NCBI RefSeq assembly: GCF_001194135.2
Contig: NC_068985.1
Span: 76,483,494 to 76,531,493 of the forward strand
Direction: 5' to 3'
DNA: 48,000 bases
Source of the DNA: Octopus bimaculoides
Taxonomy: Eukaryota
The first letter of the stretch is position 1. Each line of letters opens with the position of its first letter. Shown piece after piece: positions 28,920-41,342 of the stretch. The notes under the pieces were generated by a model. That model saw nothing but the letters and a program-made list of their open reading frames with translations. It made no database searches and was not told the origin of the DNA. The position numbers and the translations under genes were made by a program.

Positions 28920-31900
28920 ATACACACACACACAAAATGGACTTCTTTCAGTTTCCAACTACCAGAACCATTCACAAGGTTTTACTTGGCCCAAAGCTAT
29001 CAGGAAAGACATTTGTCCATGGTGCTACTTAGTGGCACTGAACCTGAAATCATGTGTTTGGGAAGCAACTTTTTAACCATACAGCCACGCCTATGCCTGT
29101 CCTTGAAATAAAACACAGGCAGATTAGATGGCTAAGTGACTCATTCAAAATGAACTGGGACATAATACCAAAGCTACCATTTAGTCAGGTCAGGGATCAC
29201 ATCACAGGCTGATGAGACTTATTACTGGTACCATATAAACCACTACTACCTGTTCCACAGTCAAGTTGTTGGTGACTGAACCAGCTCTCACACTTAAGTA
29301 GCTTACAACTCTTGTGAGGAGGATATCTGGACAACCAGAAGGATTAAAAGCAAGACCTGTTGAAGGACAGATGAGCTCCTTGTGAGCAAATGACCATCCA
29401 GTGGGAGAAGGCAATGGCAAACCACCTCAATATCTCTGCAAAGAAAACACTATAAGAAAGTCAGAACAAATTAATGCCATGTTTTCATCCATGCTTGATC
29501 AGTAAAAAAACTTTTGTTGTAGTGTCATCAATGCACTGTAAAAGGGTACAATACATGCTAATGATGACCTTTTAGATCAGGGGTTTTCATGCACCCCTTT
29601 GATTATTTTATTCTGGTGGATCTTTATAACCATTCAATGTTTAAAAACTAGTTTTGTAGAAACTGCTTTCAAAATTCCATTTTTTTTTCACCCATTAACT
29701 TGTGTAGTGTGAACTATGTAAAATGCTAGAGAAAGAAACCTAAGCTGTTTCTTTCAATACATACATCTAAAGCAAAATCTTTTCAAGGGCTCTTAAAATA
29801 CTATTGTGGATCCCAAATTTACTATTTTGTTGTGGGACCCCACAAAAATCTTATATGGACCTTCAGGGGCCATATGGACTCTGGTTTAGACAGATTTTTG
29901 AAAAATGGAAACCTGGAAGTGCAGAGACCATATGGCATAGAATAGTTTGAAAGTGAAGGAGAGAAATGAAATCCGCAAAGAGTAAGAGACAGAATGCTGC
30001 TAAAGACCAGTTTGAATGCCATTAAATTATCACAAAGCTGTTTTTCTCAATTGAGAAGAAAAGGATTAAATAAAATGGAAATGAAGAGTAGAATTTGAAA
30101 CTTTTTCACTAAAATATGAAAAGAATTGATTGCAACAGTAAAAGGAATTGCTTTGTGTAGCCAGTCTGGACATATATAAGACAATGACAGACAGAATCAG
30201 TCTCAATACACACTATCTTTCTAGAATTCCATCATTTATTTATATGAGGCTTTTCATATAAGTTATTAAAAAAAAAACTGACCAACAAATTATGTTCAGT
30301 GTAACAAACATCTTCTTACTGCAACAAGTCAATAAGGGAGCCCCAATGGGATCATTTGAACTGCCATAAATAATAGTTAAATCTCCCTCAAATCCATTAA
30401 ATAAAAAAAGGATAACTTAATGTATTCATACATAGCCTAAAAACAATGTAGTTGCAATTGAGAATGCCTTTGTTTTTTTTTATGTTGCTAATTTGCTTGA
30501 TTTGATTTTTTTCATTTTGTTTTTTTATGACTTATTTTTAGGTCCACCGAGTCAGATTTAACCTGGGGATAAACAACATCTAATGTAAGTTTACACATCT
30601 CTTTTGAGATACATGAAACTGGAATCAAGGCTGCCAGTGGGATACAAACCCACATCTACTGTAGACATGTCAGGTGTTCTACCAATGTGACATGGGCACC
30701 TTTCGACATATTCTATCCAAAAGAGATTTTCAACCCAATATTTGCATGCTATTATTTGTAGCTTTACATGCTTTGAGGCCCACTGTTTCAAAAAAGAATT
30801 ACATCACATTCTCTCAAAAGTTTATAAATTTTTATGGTGCCAATAAGAACTTATTAGTTCTTTAATCTGAAATGAGACTTACCAAAGCAGTTTTGTATAC
30901 TTGAAGAGCCCTTTTGAGTGTTGTATGTCCCATGAGGGCATGCTGTGCAGTTACTTGAACCATACTGTGAGTTGTAAGTATTTTGTGGACAAGGTAGACA
31001 TTCTTTGAAATCAAAACCATATTTTCCCGGAGGACAGGTAACTTTGTCAAGGATAAAAAGGAAAACATTGATCAGTTAATAGATGATACTAGCATCATCA
31101 TCACCATAACCACCACCTCTTCTCACAAGAATGACATATACAGGGAAATTACAAATGGTAGAGGTTAACAATGAATCAAGTCCAAAAGAAAATCAAGCAT
31201 GGAAAATAAAATTATACAAAAGGCATTTTCACGGGACATGCTAACAGAAAGACATCCATCTTGGGTCAATAAATAAATCCTGATGATCTGGTATTACTCT
31301 AACTACCAGATGTGTTCTGTCCCAGTTGTAATCTCCATTCCTGCAGGTATATGCAGAGTGCAGGCCAACTTACACAGTCCATTTTGGCCACTCTCATTCA
31401 CTTTTTAACAAATCCACTGGAAGGAAGAGAGCATCCCTGTCCACTGATACCTTCTTCATAAAGTGGAATTTAAGAGCTTTACCAGGGCTTGGTTAAAGAG
31501 TAATCCTTTTAATCTTATCCACTATACAATCTCTTTTACCATAGCCACTACAGAGGAAAACTGGCTACCCTTCCTAGGCAAAGGAAAGCAGCAGGACAGT
31601 GTTTATAATTAATTCAGTTGACAGCTAGATCTGTCCTACACATGAAAACAGCTGTTCAACCTAAATCCACAAGTCAGCAATATTCAGACATGGAACTAAT
31701 TCATGCAGGACACTTTTGCCACCTTGTACACATCTTAGACATGCCTGGCTAATAGGGCTATTGTGTTTATGGAGTTTCTTCCAACAGACAATGCTCATCT
31801 GTAGTTTAATGGCAAAGCAAGAAGATAACTGGAAGTTGTCCTTAAAGTTTGGATTTGAAAGTTCTTCCAAATAGATTGTTGATTTGACTCTCATCAATGC

Positions 31901-34900
31901 TCCAAGTCTTCCATAACAACATTGTCACTCTTGCCCATCATCAACATTCTATGAAATACAAGGATTGACAAACCACCAGCTGCATTGTATATAAGAGAAT
32001 TATGATAATAATTCTTTCTCCTATAGGCAAAAAGCCTGAAATTTTAGTGGTGGGGGTAAGTTGATAACATTGACCCCAGTGCTCAACTGGTACTTATTTT
32101 ATCAGCCCTGAAAGGATGAAAGGTAATGTCAACTTTGGTAGAATTTGAACTTAGAACATGAAGCCAGAAGAAATGCTGTTAAACATTTTGTCCAGCAGGC
32201 TAATGATTCTGCAAGCTCACCAAATAATGCTAATAAGAGGGGATGTTTAACCTAAATGAATGTTATTTGGCTGCTCCAAAATATATTCAATAACACTGGT
32301 TAAATAAATGAAATCTTTAAGTAGTCAATTTGTGAGGATCAAATATTTGTTTGCAAACTTTAATAGTCATCTTGCCAGTCATTAAATGAAAGAAAATCCA
32401 TCAAATTTTGATGACTGAAAAACAAAATATTATTTTTGACAATTTCTGATAAAGGTTTTATGAAAAGTTTGAATTTTTTTTATAACCCTGTTAATTAGAA
32501 TCTCTTGGGGAAGGATACATAGGAATGATTTCCTGTTATCTTTTCAATGTATAAGGAAGGACTTAAATTTAGTCGCTTGACTGGCCCTCATGCCGGTGGC
32601 ACGTAAAAGCACCCACTACACTCTTGGAGTGGTTAGCAATAGGAAGAGCATCCAGCTGTAGAAACTCTGCCAGATCAGATTGGAGCCTGGTGCAACCATT
32701 TGGTTCGCCAGTCCTCAGTCAAATCGACCAACCTATGCTAGCAGGGAAAGCGGACGTTAAATGATGATGATGTTACAAGTTCATGAAATTCTTGCTCTTA
32801 TCATATACAGCAATTATTTGATGTGTGCTTTTGCTTCTTATTTACAGCTTTGCTGGACTGAATTTTTGATTGTTAAGTGTTATGGACAAGGACCTAGTAT
32901 AGAGCCAGAACAGAACAGAGTGGTTACCCCTTAACTTTTTAGCATTTAAACCAGCCTTATTTGGCCCAAATATTCGGCCTGTTTTATAGTCAAACTTGCT
33001 TGAACTGGTCTCTCACACTTACTCTACAATGTCACTCTAAAAATAAGCAATTACATCATCAAAATCAAAGATATGAAATAATCTATGATAAATACAAAGC
33101 AAAGTGCATAAATAAGAATTGTAACACTTGTCTATACACTTTGTTTTGACAGAGTAATTTGAATATTAAAGGGTTATGCAGGTATTTTGGATCTTTAACA
33201 ACACAACAGCTGGAACTCATAGAAAAAAACCTAATACCTTTCTCCAAGGTAAATAAACAAATTGCAAGGGAAAACTGATATGTATTCACACAAACTACTC
33301 ACGACTTAGACTACTCATGACTACTCACGACATATATTTCCTTGAACAAGCTTTGCATTCCCAGAACACTTAAAACTATCTGTGCTGTTTAAAATTTCTT
33401 TTTTCGGTGCACATTTAGGGTTAAAATGGTCAGTTCCTGATTTCATTGCAAAAAATGATTCAAAGTGGCTTTTTATCCTTTTCCAAAGATTAGCATTTCC
33501 TGTATATTCAAGCCGAACAGTTGCATAAACCTGCAAATAAAAGAAGTTAAATTTAGTTTATTTTCAAAAGTCTGTTACACAGAATTTTGGAGATACAAAA
33601 TTAGGGCAACAAACTATAATAAGTTAAATATTGAAGATTTTAATAGTGGTAAAATGACAAATATTAGATAGTCAAATGAATAGAAATCAAATGAAGAGTA
33701 ACTGAGATATAGCATAATATATTTTTTGAACACTTCAGCACTATAATATTGGACAAAGATCACTCAGCTACATTGACATTATTGGCAAAAGCACACAACA
33801 TGAAACAAAGGACTTATCAAAACTAATGGAGACAAAGATTTCTAGTGCAGCATTGTGAGATGCAAATCACTTGTAGCTACTTGAGGAAGAATCAAATAAT
33901 GGAGACTTTTAAAGTTAAGGGTTTCACAGAGAATCACCAAACAATGGTGGTTAACAGATTTCTTTTGCAACTAAGTGGTTTCAGATTCCATCCCATCATG
34001 CAGCCAAAATTCTGTGAATAAAAATTTGGTTGAGAAAACTTGTGTAAAAGTGTGTTGGAAGGACAGTTCCAGTTCCTGTTCTTGGATGGTAGATTTAATC
34101 TATCACCACAGCTTATCCCTCGGATATCTTTCACAGAGTTCACACAGTTGCAAATATAAACATTCTTCAACCATTTCAAATTGACTACATTGAGCTGAAA
34201 ATGGTCAAAATGTTTAACAGACCTATGAGCAAAGTTGCTCCAGCCCAGAACCTGCATAATGTATCCAAGTATATACTATCTTATGTGTCCTTCTTATTTT
34301 TAAGACAATAGGATGTGATATAAGTGTGAAGAGGCTGCTACTTTTAATGGATAAAACAACTACATAGAGATTCCATTACAGGCCTGGAATTGTGGGGATT
34401 CATAATATGAATAATGATTTCAAGAAGGAAAGATATAGGGATTGGTGTTAACATCATTGCCACTACTGCCACCACCATTAGTACTACTATCACCGCCACC
34501 ATTGCTGTCATCATTTTTACATCTAATTCCATTCTTGCTCAGGTTCAATAATTCCTGAGAATGACTTTAAACTGTTCAGGAGTTCCAGCATTTTAAGAAG
34601 TGTAGAATCACCATTTAGCTACTACTGTTCCTAGGCCTATTCTAGCCCAGAATAGTGGTACATGTCACGATCTCAGCAATGGGTTAAATTGCATGTTACG
34701 ACCTGAGCCAGGGTACGTTGAAATCATAAGATGCATCATGTGAAGCAGCATTATGGATATGAACAATTTTCGCAGATGAACTTATTGATTCAATAGTGAG
34801 CAGATTTGTTGGCACTCCGTCGCTTACGACGTCGAGGCTTCCAGTTGATCCGATCAATGGAACAGCCTGCACGTGAAATTAACGTGCAAGTGGCTGAGCA

Positions 34901-35600
34901 CTCCACAGACACGTGTACCCTTAACGTAGTTCTCGGGGATATTCAGCGTGACACAGTGTGACAAGGCTGACCCTTTGAATTACAAGCGCAACAGAAACAG
35001 GAAGTAAGAGTGAGAGAAAGTTGTGGTGAAAGAATACAGCAGGGTTCGCACCATCCCCTATCGGAGCCTCGTGGAGCTTTAGGTGTTTTCGCTCAATAAA
35101 CACTCACAACTCCCGGTCTGGGAATCGAAACTGCGATCCTATGACCGCGAGTCCGCTGCCCTAACCACTGAGCCATTGCGCCTCCACAGTGAGCAGATAA
35201 ACAGACGACAAACTGTCAACAGCTAGGAGCAACCAGCTCAGTAAGCAAACTACTACTATCATCTGTAGTTGTGGCTTGTGCAGATAAGATAATTCAGCTA
35301 GAAAAATATTAGTGTAACTAAGACCCAGGTCAGATATTCCTGCCTCATCACTTTACTGGAACATATGGGACATGGAAGAGTTACATTGGTTGGAGAAAGT
35401 CATCTGGCCGAGATGGATCTTGATGTAGTATTACACAGCTGCATGTCTTTCCTGAGGCCAACCCTTACTTATTTGCAAGCAAGACACTTTATTTCTCTGG
35501 TCTTTACATGTCCAACTGGAAAACTGTAAGACTTAAGCAAAATACAGTATTGCTCAAGTAGGATCAATTTGAAGAAACACACACACACACACACACGCAC

Positions 35601-35643
<43 letters not shown>

Positions 35644-36348
35644 TACATACATACACCTGGGCAATATCATTTAATTCAGCAGTGTCAACGCCATTAAAGT
35701 GTAGACATTGCCAGGGAATATGTATATGCATATATAATCATCATCAGTTAGTGTCGGTCTTCCATGCTGGCATGGGTTGGACTGTTCGACCGGAGCCAGC
35801 CTGGTAGAAGACTACACCAGGCTACTGTGTCTGTTTTACAGCTGGGTACCCTTCCTAATACCAACTGCTCCATAGACTGGACTGAGTGCTTTTTATATGG
35901 CAGCAGCACAGGTGAAGTCAGTTTTGGTATGTGCATATATGCATGTGTGTGTGTCTCCACATGTCATTGTATTACCACTGCTTAAGCAGTGATGATGTTT
36001 ATGACTCCCATAAACAAAACATACAGCTCAGTTGATGGACATACAATACCTGTAGAATAAAGTACCTTTCTTGAAAACAAATAAGGATAGGCATTAGAAA
36101 GAGCAACTAGCCAGGGAATACTGTTTCAAAGTGTCTCTTCCAACTCGTACCAGCATGAAAAAGTGGCTATTAAAAGCAGTGATGATAATGGTAAGAACAA
36201 CAATGACAATGATGCCAATGACAAAGCTAATGGTAATGGTAGCAGTAGCTGCAGTGACAACAACAACAAAAGCAACAACATCCTCAGCAGCAACAGCATA
36301 ACTACCACCTCTGCTACCATTGCCACCACCACAGCTGTCACCAGCAGC

Positions 36349-36379
<31 letters not shown>

Positions 36380-37782
36380 CCATGCTTCTATACAGATGAA
36401 TACTTTACAAGATATTTCAAAACTTTTGATGTAATAATAACAGAAAATGTTTTGTTGTTCTCTCTGTTACTTAATCTGGCAATTGACTTATCTAATTAAT
36501 TCTTGGATAAACAGGTTAATCAGACAAGGGAAATTGTCGAAACTGATTGAAATCTACAAGGAACCAAGATACTGGACAAGGTGAAAACTGAGATTTTGGA
36601 TGCCTATAATTAAAGGCTCATGTTCCTATTACTTATGGATTTATGTGCTTCATAGCTTTTATTCATAGACGGAAGTATGGAAATATTTTCAATTCAAGAT
36701 ATCAACATTTAGAGAATTGTTCTACAATTGAAATAAATAAATAAATAAATAATTTAATAAAAGCAAGGCAAATTATAAAAAAAAATCAATTAAACTTCTA
36801 AAAACATTTACCGAACTATTTTTCAGTTCTGTTGAAACTGGTAATGAATAAGATGATTTTGGTTCTGTGATGTTAAACTCTTTACCATAAAACGCATGAA
36901 GCCGTGAGACAAAAATCTTATATACGTCAAAAATTTCTTTCATAAGCTCATTTTGTATACATGTAATATTCTCTGTTTTATATCTGTACATGACAGATAG
37001 TTGGTAGCTACTCGGTATTTCTTCTGTAAAGAGGAAGTAAAAAAAAATTATAACAACAACAACAACAGCAATAATAATAATAATCCTTTCTATTATAGGC
37101 ACAAGACCTAAAGTTTTGGGGGAGGGGACTAGTCAATTACATCAACCCCAGAATTTCACTGGTACTTAATTTATCGACCCCAAAAGGATGAAAGGCATTT
37201 GAACTCAGAATGCAAATACAGGCAAAATACTGCTAAGCACTTCACCTGGCATGCTAACAATTCTGCCAGCTCGCCACCTTATAATAATATATTCAGGGAC
37301 CTTTTGAGCGAGATGGGCTACTCGACCTGAAGAAAATTTTAACTGGGCCCCACCTGCGAGGTCATGTGCTGTTTATCTTGATATGAGATCACCATGTCAT
37401 GTACATATGGTTGTGATGCATGTGCCTGGTGTACCTTAATCAGAAGGGAGAGTCATAATGGATATAATGGGCTTCATATATTTTACCCCAGTGTCACTTT
37501 GATGGCATGCACTGCTCTATCACTCAATAATAATAATAATAATAATAATAATTCCTACCTAGCTACTCTAATGAAAAGATGGCTTTGCCATGAGGCGAGC
37601 AGCACAATGCCAAAGAAAGTCAGTTAAAAATTTCTTCTCCCTATTTTCCTTTTTTTTTGTTTATCAAATATTCCTACCTAGCTACCCTAATGAAAAGACG
37701 GCTTTGCCATGAGGCCGCTGGGCACATCCTCCCACCCACACTTCCTCTTCCCGGTATCCAAACTGGGAGCAAGGCAATTATT

Positions 37783-37839
<57 letters not shown>

Positions 37840-39117
37840 TTTTTTCTTTATGGTCGGGATGTCAGCAACTAAACCGGCAGCTCCTCAGAGCTTGCTCTGT
37901 GAGGAGGGTCTATGATTCTTGCTATTTTAATATCCTACAGGTAGAAAAACAAGACCTATATAAAGGCTAATGAACTCTTACGAGGCAATGGCCACCAAAA
38001 TAGTATATACCTAAAAGGCAGAATCAGTCATAGCACTTGAACACCCCTTATAAGAGACGGAAACTCTAAAAAGTAAACCAGGTTTACAGGAATCCTATAT
38101 CCTAGAGTGGGGATTTTGTCAGTTATGGTGACATGGGAAAAAAAAATGGTGGTGGTTATGCAACCTAAAATTTACCAACCCTCATCATGAGTGCTGAAAT
38201 GTCAAATAAAAATAGAAATGAGAATGGCGTGAATGAGGCTGGAACAACATGTGAAGGTCTCTCACCCAGCAGGTGCACAGTCAGTTCTTGATGAATAAAG
38301 ATGAGAGTGATTAGAATAGAACCTGGCAATGATTGCAGAAAGGAGACTTAAAAGGGCCCACTGAGGCATTAGTGTGCAGTGCTCAAGAACAAGCTCTCAA
38401 AACAAACTACTCCAAATATCACATTAATAAAAGAAGACTCGCCACAATGCAGGATGTGCTCTGAGAAGGGAGAAAATATAAGCCATATTGTTAGTGAGTG
38501 CTGTAAGCTCGCACAACGTGAATACAAAGGGAGACACGACAATGTAGCCAGATATGTCCACTGGCTGTTGTGCGGTAAAGCAAACCTCAAGAGAGCTGAA
38601 CAATGGTATGAACACAAGGCAGAGGGAGTAATGGAAAATGAACATTACTACAAAATACTCGGAGATTTTAACATACAGTGTGATCAAGTCATAGAGGTGA
38701 GACAGCCAGATATTGTGATCATCCATAAAGATGCAAGAAAAGCAAAGATAATAGATGTTGCAATATCAGGTGATTTGAGGGTAAAATGTAAGGAAACAAA
38801 AAAGAGTGAGAAATACCAACCACTGCAGGAAAAGATAGGAAAGTTATAGGACATGATAAAGGTAATGGTGATACTGGTGATAACTGGAGCATTAGGAGCA
38901 GTTTCCTAGAGTTTTGAAAAACATATTAAGAATATTGGAGCTGCTGTCAGGTTCAAAGTGATCCAGAAGACAGGATTGTTGGGTACAACCCGCATTCTAA
39001 GGAGAGTATTGTCTCTTTGAGTCACAGGAGAAGGCACTACTTGAAACTTTTGATGATTTGTTATTGCCTACTTTCAAGTAAAGAACAACTGTAAATAGCA
39101 CAGCGAGAATCAAGACA

Positions 39118-39155
<38 letters not shown>

Positions 39156-41026
39156 CCTTTCTGCTATTGGCACAATGCCTGAAATTTTGGAGCTAGGAGT
39201 AAATCGATTACATGGATCCCAGTGTGTAACTGATACTTATTTTGTCAACCCTGAAAGGATGAAAGGTAAAGTTATCCTCAGCAGAATTTGAACTTAGAAC
39301 ATAAACATTTTGCTCGGTGTGCTAGCAATTCTGCCAGTTCACTGCCTCAGTAACAATAATAATAATAATCTTTTTATCATAGGCACAAGGCCTGGAATTT
39401 GTTGGGGAGGGGAATAGTTGATCACATCAACCCTGTACTCAACTGGTACTTAATTTATCAATCCTGAAATGATAAAAGACCAAGTCAACCTTGATGGAAT
39501 TTGAATGCAGAATGCTAATACTGGCAAAATACTGCTAAGCATTTAAAAAAAAGAAATTGGAAAAATCCTGACCAAAACAGAGATTTAAGTATCTTAATTT
39601 TCCCATTAAGACCATTGCTGCTTTGGTGGACCAGTAGGCATGGATGTTGGGAAGTAGTAATGCAACACAGGTGATGGTTTCAAATCTCTTTCAGAAATTG
39701 CAAGAGAGCTAGTAAAAAATTCGTATTTAAGCAACAAAATTTCTTTCAACAATTTCTTTCTCTTAAGCATGACACACTATCATCATCATCCTTACTAGGA
39801 TTTTTGAGCGAGATCGTTGCCAGTGCCCCTGGACTGGCTCTTGTGCAGGTGGCACATAAAAGACACCATTTTGAGCGTGGCCGTTGCCAGTACCGCCTGA
39901 CTGGCCTTCGTGCGGGTGACACGTAAAAGCACCCACTACACTCTCTGAGTGGTTGGCGTTAGGAGGGCATCCAGCTGTAGAAACTCTGCCAAATTAGATT
40001 GGAGCCTGGTGTTGCCATCCAGTTTCACCAGTCCTCAGTCAAATCGTCCAACCCATGCTAGCATGGAAAGCGGACGTTAAATGATGATGATGATATAACT
40101 AAACAATTAGAGTTGAAGAAACAGAACAATAAAAGAACTTTATTTGTAATCAATAGATACATTTGTCCAATCCCAAGTAAAGACAAAATCATCATTATCC
40201 CCATTGACTTCATAGCAAAATCTATGCCTGGATTACATTCAAGCATCCATTGCAAAATAAATGCAGCTTCTGTTTTAATCCTTTTTTTTTTTCTTAATTT
40301 TTTCCTTCAAACACTCATATGATGTCAAAATCAAGACTAGTGACCACCACCATCATCATCATCATTACTATTATTATTATTATTATTATTATTTTATGTT
40401 TGACTTTTGTTTTGCATTTGTACAAGTTGGATCCAAGTCTCACCCAGAGACCTCAAGAGACAACAAGCTAGAAGTTCATGTAGGTGTTATGCCTAGGGTA
40501 CCATATATGTGGATTTGTACAGTTTTGTTCAAGTGAATGTTTAAGAAACCATAAGAAAATTATGTGTTTGCTTTAAAATTTGAGATCACATAGACAGTAT
40601 TTTACGTAGGATATGGGCAGTTCACATGAGCACTATCTTTTGAACTTCAGCCATTTTGGGGTTTCCTGGAATCTGATCTAGGTANNNNNNNNNNNNNNNN
40701 NNNNNNNNNNNNNNNNNNNNNNNNNNNNNTTTATATCGATTGGGACAGTCATATCAATGAGGAGGCATGATTTTTGTCTGAAGTCTTTCAGTATGATGTC
40801 TGGCCTATTTGCGTCTATCTTTCTGTCAGTTTGAATGGTGAAGTTCCAGAGGAGTGCAATGTGATCATTTTCAAGTACTGGGGGTGGTTTGTGTTCCCAC
40901 CAGTTTTTATCATGGGGCAAGTCCAGGTTTTTGCATATTACCCAGTGAATATATTGTGCAGCTCTATCATGCCTGTTGAGATACTCTGTAGGCGCAAGCA
41001 GACTGCACATGGAGACAACATGATCG

Positions 41027-41070
<44 letters not shown>

Positions 41071-41287
41071 GGTGGTGAGCTGGCAGAATCGTCAGCACAC
41101 CAGACAAAATGCTTAGTAGCATTTTGTCCATTTTCACGTTCTGAGTTCAAATTCTGCTGGGGTTGACTTTGCCTTTCATCCTTTCAGGGTTCATAAATTA
41201 AGTACCAGTTGCATACTGGTGCCGATCTAATCGACTGTCCCCCCTCTCCCAAAATTTCGAACCTTGTGCCTAGAGTAGAAAAGATTA

Positions 41288-41342
<55 letters not shown>

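Noticed and set aside
30542-30584. Plus-strand ttttag|...|gtaagt 43-nt candidate antisense exon, and nearby Cys-containing ORF 30591-30791
   Set aside because: No partner exons or domain pattern; such signals arise by chance in AT-rich DNA
36126-36399. Hydrophobic and Asn/Ser/Thr-rich ORFs (also 4993-5297, 34344-34532)
   Set aside because: Trinucleotide low-complexity tracts with no splice support
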